A stretch of DNA of 64,000 bases from positions 123,975 to 187,974 of the forward strand of contig JBBSXC010000003.1 of the NCBI GenBank assembly GCA_038045945.1. Reading direction: 5' to 3'. Shown one piece after another: positions 54,025 through 63,455 of this stretch. A program made the position numbers and the translations under genes. Origin of the DNA: Nanobdellota archaeon. GTDB taxonomy: Archaea; Nanobdellota; Nanobdellia; Pacearchaeales; GW2011-AR1. Below the pieces are notes generated by a model. That model saw nothing but the letters and a program-made list of their open reading frames with translations, was not told the origin of the DNA and ran no database searches. Each line of letters starts with the position of its first letter. Positions within the stretch are counted from its first letter, which is position 1.

Positions 54025-54330
54025 TCACTTTCGTTTATTAGCGTTTTTTATTAGCCAATAAATCGCAGCTACTATTAAAGCGATTATAAGCAAGTATGTT
54101 ATCCAACTTAGGAATATGAATCCTCCGCCGTAGTTGCCGTAACCCCACATAGCCTGCATCATTCCACCCATACCATAACCGTATCCGCCATTGGCATTAT
54201 CTACTTGATAGAATTGCCCGTTACTTCCCATCATACCATAACGATAATTATCACTTTGAGCAGAAACTAAACTTACAGCTAATAAAAGAAGTATTCCAAA
54301 AACCATTAATAAATTATTATTTTTCATCAT
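54025..54330 (-). CDS. secreted, C-terminally anchored Gly/Tyr/Met-rich small protein
   Basis: Signal peptide, then YGMMGSNGQ...GGYGYGMGGMMQAMWGYGNYGGG, then a C-terminal TM. ATGATGA overlap with the copA stop. Confidence 0.5.
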   Translation of the reverse strand: MMKNNNLLMVFGILLLLAVSLVSAQSDNYRYGMMGSNGQFYQVDNANGGYGYGMGGMMQAMWGYGNYGGGFIFLSWITYLLIIALIVAAIYWLIKNANKRK

Positions 54331-56345
54331 ATCCTCTTCCTCCTCAACAGGTTAGCATTAGTAACAACTGTTATTGATGAAGCAGCCATAGCAATTTCAG
54401 CAATGATAGGGTGAAGAAGACCACTAACAGCTAAAGGAATAGCAACAACATTATAAGCAAAAGCCCAGAAAAGGTTTTGCTTAATCTTCTTGAAAGTAGC
54501 CTTGCTAAGATTAATAGCATGAACAACGCCCATTAGTGAACCTTTAGTAAGGACTAAGTCCCCAGCTTCAATAGCGATATCAGTTCCAGTACCCATGGCG
54601 ATGCTAACATTCGCTTGTTTTAGTGCAGGAGCATCATTAATACCATCACCAACAAAAGCAACCATCCCCTTTCTCTGCAATTCTTCAATCTTCCTAGCTT
54701 TCTCTTCAGGTAACACGTTAGCTAAAACACCTCTAATACCAACCTGTCTAGCAATGGCCTTAGCAGTCTTTTCGTTATCACCAGTAATCATGAAAGTAAT
54801 GTAACCAGACCTATTAAGAATAGAAATAGCTTGAACAGAATCTTCCTTAATAGCATCAGCAACAGCAATAACACCAATAGGTTTAGAATTTTCCACAATA
54901 ATCATAGTAGTTTTACCCTCACTTTCAAAAGCGTCAATGTTTTTAGCAATAATACTTACATTGATTTTTTCTTCATTCATGAGCGTTTGGTTACCAATAA
55001 GAATTTTTTTCTTACCAATACTTCCCTGCACTCCTCTACCACGCAATATCTTGAAAGATTTTACTTCTTTGAAGTTTTTAATTCCAGCAGCACTTGCTTT
55101 ATCAACAATTGCCCTAGCAATTGGGTGCTCACTTAATTTTTCCAAACTAGCAGCGATCTCAAGCAAGTATTTTTCACCAACAAGAGAATGAATATCAGTA
55201 ACTTGCGGTTTGCCTTTAGTTATAGTTCCAGTTTTGTCAAAAGCAACAATCTTAACTTCTTTCATGGTTTGAATAGCCTCACCTTTTCTAATCAAAATAC
55301 CGTTTTTGGCACCAATACCAGAACCAACAGTAAGAGCAATAGGAACAGCCAAACCAAGAGCGCAAGGACAAGCAATAACAAGGACAGCAATGGACGCTGC
55401 TAAAGAACGAGTGAGGTCCCCACTAAAGACCATCCACCCAGCGAAAGTTAGAACAGTAAGAACTAAAATTGATGGAACAAAAATACTGGTTATTTTATCA
55501 GCAAGCTTCTGGATAGGAACTTTAGTTCCACTAGCCTCTTCAACAAGCTTTATTATATGAGCAAGGAAAGTATCAGAACCAACTTTTGTTACTCTAACAT
55601 AGAGTATTCCATCTTGATTAATAGTTGCTCCAATAACAGGACTTTTAACAGTTTTATCATTAGGCATACTTTCACCAGTAACCATTGATTCGTCCACTGC
55701 ACTAGCACCCTTTATGACAACTCCATCAGTAGGAATTTTTTCACCAGGCTTAACGACCAAAATGTCACCAACAACCACTTCACTAATATCAATCTCAATC
55801 TCCACTTCTTTCTTTCCCTCTTTTCTTAAAACTCTAGCCTTCTTAGCACCAAGCTCTAAAAGTTTCATTATTTCTCTAGTAGCTCTACCTCTAGCTTTAG
55901 CTTCAATATATTTTCCAGTTATGAATAATGACATAATCATAGCTGCAACACCAGAATAATCGGCAACAATGCCGAAAAGCGCCCCAAAACCAGTAAGATA
56001 AGCGACAACAGTACCAAGAGCGATAAGAGAATCCATATTAAAATAAAAAGTGAATAATCCCCTAAATCCACCCTTAATAGTACTCCAACCAAAAAAGAAT
56101 ATTACAGGGAAAGCAATAACCAAAGTGAAAATGATCATTAATTTTTCGTTACTCATCAAAACTTCAAGCTCAAAAATTCTTTGCAAAAACATCAAGATAG
56201 CAATAGGTATAGTGAAGAGCCATGCACCAAGAATCTTCTTTTTCCAAAGAGCGATTTCCTCATCCTCAACAGGTTTAGAATTATCGTTATGATTCATGCT
56301 GGACATTTGACTGCTCTCTATATTAGAAATTTCATGATTTTCCAT
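54327..56345 (-). CDS. copA: copper-translocating P1B-type ATPase
   Basis: CPC (VIACPCALG), DKTGT (AFDKTGTITKG), GDGINDAP, TGES-like VTGESMP. No N-terminal HMA domain. Confidence 0.9.
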   Translation of the reverse strand: MENHEISNIESSQMSSMNHNDNSKPVEDEEIALWKKKILGAWLFTIPIAILMFLQRIFELEVLMSNEKLMIIFTLVIAFPVIFFFGWSTIKGGFRGLFTFYFNMDSLIALGTVVAYLTGFGALFGIVADYSGVAAMIMSLFITGKYIEAKARGRATREIMKLLELGAKKARVLRKEGKKEVEIEIDISEVVVGDILVVKPGEKIPTDGVVIKGASAVDESMVTGESMPNDKTVKSPVIGATINQDGILYVRVTKVGSDTFLAHIIKLVEEASGTKVPIQKLADKITSIFVPSILVLTVLTFAGWMVFSGDLTRSLAASIAVLVIACPCALGLAVPIALTVGSGIGAKNGILIRKGEAIQTMKEVKIVAFDKTGTITKGKPQVTDIHSLVGEKYLLEIAASLEKLSEHPIARAIVDKASAAGIKNFKEVKSFKILRGRGVQGSIGKKKILIGNQTLMNEEKINVSIIAKNIDAFESEGKTTMIIVENSKPIGVIAVADAIKEDSVQAISILNRSGYITFMITGDNEKTAKAIARQVGIRGVLANVLPEEKARKIEELQRKGMVAFVGDGINDAPALKQANVSIAMGTGTDIAIEAGDLVLTKGSLMGVVHAINLSKATFKKIKQNLFWAFAYNVVAIPLAVSGLLHPIIAEIAMAASSITVVTNANLLRRKRI

Positions 56346-56351
56346 TTTTTA

Positions 56352-56570
56352 TTATTGAATTTTAATATCAGTAGCGGAATAACCTGTCCTTTTTACAGCA
56401 TCTGCAAGCTGTGCCGCACTGACTGAATCATCCATCTCTACTGTTGCTTTCTTAAATAACAAGCTGACCGTCGCACCCTTTATGCCGCCAACTTTCTTTA
56501 AGCTCTTCTCAATATTTGATGAGCATGAAGCACAGTGCATTCCACTAATCATTATAGTTGCTTTCTTCAT
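56352..56570 (-). CDS. copZ: heavy-metal-associated copper chaperone
   Basis: GMHCASC metal-binding motif in a 72-aa ferredoxin-like fold pattern. Confidence 0.85.
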   Translation of the reverse strand: MKKATIMISGMHCASCSSNIEKSLKKVGGIKGATVSLLFKKATVEMDDSVSAAQLADAVKRTGYSATDIKIQ

Positions 56571-56929
56571 TTTTTCACACCTCCGTTTAATATGTGTATG
56601 CAGTACTGGGACATGTGCTTATCAATCAAAGACATTAAAGGCTTAATCGTCTCACCATTAAGAGAGTACTCTCTAAATTTACCATTAACATCTACTTTAA
56701 CAAAACCACACTTCTTAAGGCGAGACAGATCATGACTAACAGCAGTCTGATCCATCTTTAATTCTCCAATAATTTGAGAAACATTTTTCTTACCATCACG
56801 TAAAAGATTAATTATTTTTAAACGAGAATCAGAAACAAGAGTGCCAAAGAATATTTTGTAAGCATCAAAAACTTCGTCACTGTCAAAACCCTCTTTATGA
56901 CAGGAATGTAGTATGTTCTTATTTATCAT
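56567..56929 (-). CDS. ArsR/SmtB-family metalloregulator
   Basis: LVSDSRLKIINLLRDGKKNVSQIIGELKMDQTAVSHDLSRLKKCGFV wHTH. 4-nt overlap with copZ. Confidence 0.8.
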   Translation of the reverse strand: MINKNILHSCHKEGFDSDEVFDAYKIFFGTLVSDSRLKIINLLRDGKKNVSQIIGELKMDQTAVSHDLSRLKKCGFVKVDVNGKFREYSLNGETIKPLMSLIDKHMSQYCIHILNGGVKK

Positions 56930-56955
56930 ATGAGTATAACAAACATATGAGTATA
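56927..56955. promoter_or_regulatory. two perfect direct copies of CATATGAGTATA at the ArsR start codon and promoter
   Basis: 56927-56938 (includes the ATG on the minus strand) and 56944-56955 (overlaps the TATA TTTATATA on the minus strand). Confidence 0.6.
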
Positions 56956-56980
56956 TAAATGTTTGGGGGAAGACTAATAA

Positions 56981-57817
56981 CTAATTTTTATTCTCTCCGT
57001 TCCCATTATGACATATGCATCCTGCTTCATAATGTAACCTCTTAACTTTTGCTGCATCTATGCCAGTCTTAATTACTATTTCCTCAACACTTAATTTTAG
57101 TAAGTCCCCAGCTAACATTAACCCGGCGTTTCCTAACTTATCAATTATCGCCCCCCTAGCTGATTGGAGTATTGTTACAGGATAAAGCTTTTTTTCTTCT
57201 ATTAATGACTGGATGCTATTAGTGAGAGGATAATTCCAAGAAGTAATCCTCATACCCACACCTTCACCATAAGCAATAGCATCTGAGGAAAACTTAGTGT
57301 TGGAAACAAGCCAAGGACCATCAAAAAACTTTTTTAGATCCAAAAACCTAGCATAAGTATAAAGTGTTGCTTTAACATCAGTGTATATCCCAGGCTGATT
57401 ATGATACTTACACTCAATCATGAAACGCTTATTAGTCTTAGGCTCCTTAGCTGCAACATCAACCTCATGATTAACATTTTTTCCGGGCATTATCTGATTA
57501 ATCTTAGTTTCATAACCATAATTTCTCAGCACTTCTGCGAAGAACTTTTCGAAAGCAAAACCAGCAGGACCTAAGGTCATAACTGCTTGTTTAAGATTAT
57601 ACCTCATAGCTATTTCTGGCCTATCACCAAGCTTCTTTAAAGCTACTTTTAGTATCTCTTTTGTTGTTGAACCATCATATAACTCTCCTTCTATCTGTTT
57701 TACTATTCCCCTTGCATGTTCAGTATCACTCCCAGCTCTTATTAAAGAATTAATTATCTTGTTACGATTATACTTAACCCTTTCACCATTAGCTTTTATA
57801 ACCCAATAAATAGACAT
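56981..57817 (-). CDS. ATP-cone domain fused to a PD-(D/E)xK (Mrr-like) nuclease fold and a C-terminal HhH-like region
   Basis: N-terminal VIKANGERVKYNRNKIINSL... (ATP-cone pattern), HEVDVAAK...FMIECKYH (D...ExK), and C-terminal GNAGLMLAGDLLKLSVEEIVIKTGIDAAKV. Confidence 0.65.
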   Translation of the reverse strand: MSIYWVIKANGERVKYNRNKIINSLIRAGSDTEHARGIVKQIEGELYDGSTTKEILKVALKKLGDRPEIAMRYNLKQAVMTLGPAGFAFEKFFAEVLRNYGYETKINQIMPGKNVNHEVDVAAKEPKTNKRFMIECKYHNQPGIYTDVKATLYTYARFLDLKKFFDGPWLVSNTKFSSDAIAYGEGVGMRITSWNYPLTNSIQSLIEEKKLYPVTILQSARGAIIDKLGNAGLMLAGDLLKLSVEEIVIKTGIDAAKVKRLHYEAGCICHNGNGENKN

Positions 57818-57879
57818 ATTTTTATCACCAGATTTATAAAATTGGTATATGATTATTAGTTTATATAACTAATGATTAG

Positions 57880-57948
57880 AACTTTAACACATAAAAATTT
57901 CTAAAAGAAATTTTGTGGCTCAAAAATTCAAACCATCAAAATTTTTGG
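57880..57948 (+). promoter_or_regulatory. orphan third copy of the pilin promoter/leader element
   Basis: ACATAAAAATTTCT (57889-57902) and AAATTTTGTGGCT (57908-57920) are identical to copy 1. Hairpin CAAAAATT/AATTTTTG at 57921-57947. The TATA is degenerate (CTTTAACAC). It points into the antisense of the thiI 3' end. Confidence 0.6.
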
Positions 57949-59132
57949 ACTTCTGCTTCTTTTACTGCTTCTTGCACTAATTCTTCTTTCTTATCAATTC
58001 TTTCTTCAGCAAGCATTATTTCACTTAAACTTGCATGAGTTTGAGGACTTTTAGCAATCATGAAAGAACAACAATCATTCCCTGGAATTATTGAAGTATC
58101 AAAAGTACCTAATTTCTTAGCCATAGTAACAGTTTCTTCTTTATTAGTGCCTATTAGTGGAGAAAGAACAGGCAAGACCGAAGCATCATTAATACAAATA
58201 AGATTATCAAGAGTTTGAGAAGCAACCTGAGCAACAGAGTCACCAGTAACAACTGCCTTAGCATGCTCCTTAGCAGCAACCAAATTAAGAATCTTCATCA
58301 TGAAACGACGATAAACAATCATCCTAAGCTTAGGATCAACAGACATAATAATATGCTTCTGAATCTTATCAAAAGGAACAATGTACAAATAAGTATTAAC
58401 ACCAGGCTGATAAGAAGAAATAATTTTAGATAAAGAAATAATTTTATCCTTAACAACAGCTCCCTGAACACTATTATTATGAATGTGCACTAGAATAGCT
58501 CTACAACCACGCCTCATTATCATACATGTTGCAACTGGTGAATCAATACCACCAGATAAAGAAACAACAACTCTACCGCTAGGACCTGTAGGCAAACCAC
58601 CAACACCCAAAAACTTATCAACATAAATATAAGAATCTTTTTCTGAAATCTCAACATAGACTGTTATTTGCGGATTCTTCAAATTAACACTTACAGGACC
58701 CTTAATGTTTGAGTCACCATTATAATGATCTAGAATTTTCTCACCTAACAACCTGTCAATATCATCAGATTTAAGAGGAAACTTCTTATTAGTCCTTTTG
58801 GAAGAAACCTTAAAAGTAATAAACTTTTTTGTGTCAAGTATCATTAAAGACTTCTTAATAATCTTATCAATGTCCAACTCCTCTTTGTAACAAGGAGAAA
58901 AGTTTACTATACCAGGAGTTTTTGACAAAGTACTCATTATTGCTTCTATACCAGCACCTTTTTTTAAGTCAACAATTATTTTACCATAAAGCTTCCTCAA
59001 AGTCCCCTCAGATTTAGGCAAAGACTTCTTAATATTCATAACTAGCGCATCCTCAAAGTCTTTACGGTTTCCCGCCTTAAGAGCTATCTCCGAGTAATGA
59101 ACAACGATAGAGTCCGGTATAATTATAGTCAT
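57936..59132 (-). CDS. thiI: tRNA 4-thiouridine synthase / sulfur carrier ThiI
   Basis: THUMP-type N-terminal half and PP-loop SLSGGIDSPVA. Confidence 0.85.
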   Translation of the reverse strand: MTIIIPDSIVVHYSEIALKAGNRKDFEDALVMNIKKSLPKSEGTLRKLYGKIIVDLKKGAGIEAIMSTLSKTPGIVNFSPCYKEELDIDKIIKKSLMILDTKKFITFKVSSKRTNKKFPLKSDDIDRLLGEKILDHYNGDSNIKGPVSVNLKNPQITVYVEISEKDSYIYVDKFLGVGGLPTGPSGRVVVSLSGGIDSPVATCMIMRRGCRAILVHIHNNSVQGAVVKDKIISLSKIISSYQPGVNTYLYIVPFDKIQKHIIMSVDPKLRMIVYRRFMMKILNLVAAKEHAKAVVTGDSVAQVASQTLDNLICINDASVLPVLSPLIGTNKEETVTMAKKLGTFDTSIIPGNDCCSFMIAKSPQTHASLSEIMLAEERIDKKEELVQEAVKEAEVQKF

Positions 59133-59184
59133 AAAAATAGAAGAAAATAAGGTTATTTAAAGGTACATACTTATTATTTAGAAA

Positions 59185-60426
59185 ATGAGAACTCGCAGTA
59201 ACATCATCCACTGGGTCTTGTACGACTTTGCTAATTCCCTAGTATCAATAGTGTTCTTCCTTTATTTTTCTCAATGGGCAGTCATTGACAGAGGAATAAG
59301 CGACCTAAACTTCAACTTAACATTCACAATATCAGCACTACTATTACTAATAAGCGTTCCTTCAACAGGAATACTACTTGACAAACATTGGAGAAGAATA
59401 ACAGGTCTAAGAATAACAACGACTTTCGCAGCAATATTTTACGGAACTTGCGCAATCATGGCAATAAACAACAATAATACTGGAGCAATAATATTCTTCA
59501 CATTAGGACTATACTCATACTTATTATCATTCACATTTTACACACCACTAATAAACGATATATCAACAAAAGAAAACATTGGAAAAATATCAGGATGGGG
59601 TATCTTCGCTAATTACCTAGGACAAATAGCAGGACTACTATTAGTACTACCAATATCAAAAGGAACAATAAGCCTCTTTGGAGGATCAGCAAGAGCAGAA
59701 ACACTCCTGCCAGCAGTAATAGCATTCTTCATACTATCCCTACCAATGCTAATATTCTTCAAAGAACCTAAAAAAAATAAACCGACAAACAAAGAAGGAT
59801 TCTTAGAACACATGAAAAACACAATATTTGAAACTAAAAAACTCTTAGCAATTAAGAGTGTTGGGTTATTCTTACTTGCCTACTTTTTGTTTAATGACGC
59901 AATACTAACAGCAGTGAATAATTTCGGAATATTCTTAGAACAAGTATGGCACGTATCTGACACGACTAAAACCTTCATGCTACTAGGAATAATGATAACA
60001 TCAGCAATTGGAGCATTAATATCTGGCAGAATTGCCGACAAGTACGGACACAAAAAAACACTTATGTATGTACTAATAATTTGGGCAGTAGTATTCCCAT
60101 TCATCGGACTTATTCAAAGCTTTAACTGGTTCATAGTCGCATGCGTCATTATGGGCTTAGCTTTCGGCGCTAACTGGACAGTTAGCAGATCAGTAATGTC
60201 TTACATATCACGCGATGGAAAACACAACTTAGCATTCGGATACTTCGGACTAGCAGAAAGAGCAAGCTCACTACTAGGACCAATAGTATGGGGCCTGGTA
60301 GTTGGAGGACTAATAAACTTAGGCGGAACAAGATACAGAATAGCAATATCAGCACTAACAATATTCATAATACTAGGACTAATAGCACTAAGAAAAGTAA
60401 GAAGCGATAAAGAAAAACTATTTTAA
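59185..60426 (+). CDS. MFS transporter (UMF1/Atg22-like)
   Basis: 12 predicted TM segments. N-terminal WVLYDFANS signature. Confidence 0.75.
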   Translation: MRTRSNIIHWVLYDFANSLVSIVFFLYFSQWAVIDRGISDLNFNLTFTISALLLLISVPSTGILLDKHWRRITGLRITTTFAAIFYGTCAIMAINNNNTGAIIFFTLGLYSYLLSFTFYTPLINDISTKENIGKISGWGIFANYLGQIAGLLLVLPISKGTISLFGGSARAETLLPAVIAFFILSLPMLIFFKEPKKNKPTNKEGFLEHMKNTIFETKKLLAIKSVGLFLLAYFLFNDAILTAVNNFGIFLEQVWHVSDTTKTFMLLGIMITSAIGALISGRIADKYGHKKTLMYVLIIWAVVFPFIGLIQSFNWFIVACVIMGLAFGANWTVSRSVMSYISRDGKHNLAFGYFGLAERASSLLGPIVWGLVVGGLINLGGTRYRIAISALTIFIILGLIALRKVRSDKEKLF

Positions 60427-61065
60427 AACTTTTCCTGTTTCTAAATACCATAGGCATAAGTCTAACTCTGAAAGACTCATATTTAGCTTACTGGCAAGTT
60501 CTCGTAAAACTTTTTCAACAAGCAAATAACGATTCTTATTAAGGCCTTTTTTTCTAACAATACCACTACCCTCTAACATTTTATGCTCATTAAGGATGTC
60601 AATAATGTGAAAATCAACAATAGCGTAATCACGAAAACCAATATTCCTCAAAAAGTGTGATGACTCCTTAAGACCAAGGCCTTTAACGTTATCAACAAAC
60701 CAATCCCTCAACTCAAGACCTGACTTTTCATTAATTATCCTCTTAATATGAGGTAAGTGTTTCCTAGCAAGAACAATCCTTTCAGCCCTCTGAGGCCAAA
60801 ACCTATGACCCATAAACTTAAGTTTTTTAGCAAGTTCATCCTCACTCATAGTAAGAAATCCTTCACCCAGCTCTTTTTGAATAATCAAGGACTTTTCAGC
60901 CTGAAAATTAGCGGTCATCAAACAAAAAGCAAGCTCTAAGAACAAGTCCTCATTAGAAGCCTTGTCAGAAAGAAAATAATCAAATTCTTTAAGACGACCA
61001 TCAATAACTTTCCTAATAGGAGTATTATCTAGAGATTTAACCTTATCAATAATCATTTGCATCAA
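60418..61065 (-). CDS. ogg: N-glycosylase/DNA lyase (archaeal Ogg2-type 8-oxoguanine glycosylase)
   Basis: HhH-GPD region VKGLGLKESSHFLRNIGFRDYAIVDFH with catalytic Lys/Asp spacing. Confidence 0.75.
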   Translation of the reverse strand: MMQMIIDKVKSLDNTPIRKVIDGRLKEFDYFLSDKASNEDLFLELAFCLMTANFQAEKSLIIQKELGEGFLTMSEDELAKKLKFMGHRFWPQRAERIVLARKHLPHIKRIINEKSGLELRDWFVDNVKGLGLKESSHFLRNIGFRDYAIVDFHIIDILNEHKMLEGSGIVRKKGLNKNRYLLVEKVLRELASKLNMSLSELDLCLWYLETGKVLK

Positions 61066-61113
61066 TAATAATTATGAGTAATAACTTAAAAAGTTAATTA
61101 TTAAGAAAAAAAT

Positions 61114-61797
61114 TTATTGCGAAGAACCATCATAACTTTGCGTGTCAAACATACCTAAACTTTCACCCTCACCATAACCCATAACCATTTGTGAACCAGA
61201 ACCTTTAGGGCTAATACCTAAACCAATGAATGGGCTTTTACCACCGCTACTTTCTGATTCTTTATTAAAAAGAAGAGTATAATTCTGAGTTTGAATTCCC
61301 ATAGAAGCAAAATATTCAGGGGTTAAATCACCAAGTTGACCTATAGTCCAACCTTTATCTAAAGCAGCAAGTTTATACCAGTCATAAACAGTTTTTGCAG
61401 AATCATCAGAAACAGACTCAATAATTATGAATCCAGCAGCCGTGAAAAAAGAGTTCTTTAGAGAATCATAATTTTCAAAAGTCCTAATATCAGTAACACA
61501 AAGTATTTTTTGGTTAGGATAAAGAGGTATGTCAGAACGAAAATCGCTAGGCAAGTTTGTGCCAAAAGGACAGTCAGAGTCAACCTTTAAGGGTAAATTA
61601 TTGATAGGATTAACACCAGGGTTTGAACTATTAAGATTATTCCAATAAAAGAATCCCCCAGCAGCAATTAACAAAATAACCGTTCCAATAATAACAAAGA
61701 CAATTTTTTTACTACCGCCAACTGTTGGAGCAGAAGGATAAGAACCATCTTGGTTCATAGAATTGTTAACTTCTTGGTTGTTATAATCATCACCCAT
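61114..61797 (-). CDS. membrane-anchored hypothetical protein
   Basis: N-terminal disordered region, one TM (IVFVIIGTVILLIAAGGFFYW), and an extracytoplasmic domain. Confidence 0.5.
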   Translation of the reverse strand: MGDDYNNQEVNNSMNQDGSYPSAPTVGGSKKIVFVIIGTVILLIAAGGFFYWNNLNSSNPGVNPINNLPLKVDSDCPFGTNLPSDFRSDIPLYPNQKILCVTDIRTFENYDSLKNSFFTAAGFIIIESVSDDSAKTVYDWYKLAALDKGWTIGQLGDLTPEYFASMGIQTQNYTLLFNKESESSGGKSPFIGLGISPKGSGSQMVMGYGEGESLGMFDTQSYDGSSQ

Positions 61798-61828
61798 GAG
61801 TTTTATTAATGATAAGAGTATTTAATTC

Positions 61829-62506
61829 TTATGATTTATCCTTTATTTCTCTAACAACGCCCATTATTTCTGAAGAAAAATCGCCAGGGCCTATAGCAAT
61901 AACTTTACTATCACCCTTAACATAAGCGGATAATAACTCTTTGTTTACACGACTATTAACATAACCCTTAACTTCTTGACGAGTTATAAGGAGAACAAGA
62001 TTTTTAGGGCATGAGGAAAAAATACTTTTTATTTCATCTTCCAAAATAATATCTTCTTTAGTCTTATTAGAATAAATTAACACAACATTTTTTATTTCAT
62101 TTCCCCTATCGTCTTTAAGACTTCTTAGCAGAGATAAAAATTTAGTTATCCCCGAACCAGCAGCTATGAATAAATGATTATTGTACTTTTCAGGCTTATA
62201 ATCAAGATTGCCAAATGGCCTGCTAACAAGTAAATAATCACCAATTTTTAGTTTGTCCATAGCCTTAGTAACCCCCTCTCTCTCATTATAGATCTTAATT
62301 ATTAATTCTAAATAGTTATCATTAGGCTTTGATGAGATAGTAAACTCTCTAGGTTTATCCCTCCAAGAATCATCATCAATAGCTGTAAACATTGATTGTC
62401 CAGAAACAAAAAAGTAGTTTTCAGGCTTTTCAATTATGAAACTCTTAGTATCATGAGTAAGACTCTTTATGCCTAAAATCTTAACTTTTCTTAGTATTAT
62501 ATCCAT
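61829..62506 (-). CDS. FNR-like FAD/NAD(P)-binding oxidoreductase
   Basis: REFTISS (RxYS-type FAD motif) and FIAAGSGITKF (NAD(P) Gly motif). Confidence 0.7.
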   Translation of the reverse strand: MDIILRKVKILGIKSLTHDTKSFIIEKPENYFFVSGQSMFTAIDDDSWRDKPREFTISSKPNDNYLELIIKIYNEREGVTKAMDKLKIGDYLLVSRPFGNLDYKPEKYNNHLFIAAGSGITKFLSLLRSLKDDRGNEIKNVVLIYSNKTKEDIILEDEIKSIFSSCPKNLVLLITRQEVKGYVNSRVNKELLSAYVKGDSKVIAIGPGDFSSEIMGVVREIKDKS

Positions 62507-62626
62507 GATTTTAAAATAATGAGAACGAGTTATAAAACTATTGTTTTAAAAAATTCAAACAACTAACACCATTAAGAAAAATCCTTCATAAAAAAAACAC
62601 AAAATAAAAATAAAAATTTTGTTTTT

Positions 62627-63388
62627 TTATTGAACTTCTCCTATTACTTGCTCAAGACCTGCAGGGCTATTAGCGCTTCTCTTACTGTTGTAAGGTACAG
62701 CTCCAGAAACTACTCCAGTCTTTCCGTTCTTATTATTAATAACGACAAAGTATGGTGTTCCTTGACCCCCAGCGATTATTGCTTCTTGAGTATCGCTTGA
62801 GACCTTATCAGCAGCTTCATCATTGTCAAGGCACTTGTTGAAAGTAGCAGTGTTTAATCCTACTGTTTCAGCATAAACCTTTAGTGATGAAATGCCTAAC
62901 TTATCTTGATTTTCGAATAATAAATCATGGTATTCCCAGAAATTATCATTACCTTGGTTGAATGCGCATAAGCTTGCCTCAGCAGCCTTTTGAGCGCTAG
63001 GGTGTATTTGTGTTAATGGGAATTGTTTAAAGACCAAATTAACATCACCATTCTTAAAATATTCGCTTCCTTTAAAATCAGATATTGGTCCTAAGTATGC
63101 TCTAGCACAGAAAGGGCACTCAAAATCGGAGAATTCTACTATACTAACAGCAGCGTTAGCACTTCCAAGAACAGGGTCCTTGTCAGTTATACTAATTTGT
63201 AGTTCACTAGTATCAACACTTCCTGAATCGTCATTATTACCAGGGTTTGATCCTCCACTCCACATTCCAAATCCTCCAGTAAATAGAGAAATAACGAATA
63301 ATACTGCTAATACAGCAACAGCTCCTTTCCAAAGAGTGTCTTTCTTAATAGTTAAAGTTTCATTCTTATGTTGTTCGTGTTCAGTCAT
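62627..63388 (-). CDS. membrane-anchored DsbA/thioredoxin-family disulfide oxidoreductase
   Basis: N-terminal TM, active site FSDFECPFCAR (CPFC). Confidence 0.75.
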   Translation of the reverse strand: MTEHEQHKNETLTIKKDTLWKGAVAVLAVLFVISLFTGGFGMWSGGSNPGNNDDSGSVDTSELQISITDKDPVLGSANAAVSIVEFSDFECPFCARAYLGPISDFKGSEYFKNGDVNLVFKQFPLTQIHPSAQKAAEASLCAFNQGNDNFWEYHDLLFENQDKLGISSLKVYAETVGLNTATFNKCLDNDEAADKVSSDTQEAIIAGGQGTPYFVVINNKNGKTGVVSGAVPYNSKRSANSPAGLEQVIGEVQ

Positions 63389-63455
63389 TTGTATATTTTT
63401 TACCTCCTTTCAATAAATTGATCGTGATAATAATTGTTAATAAGGCTTTAAATCA

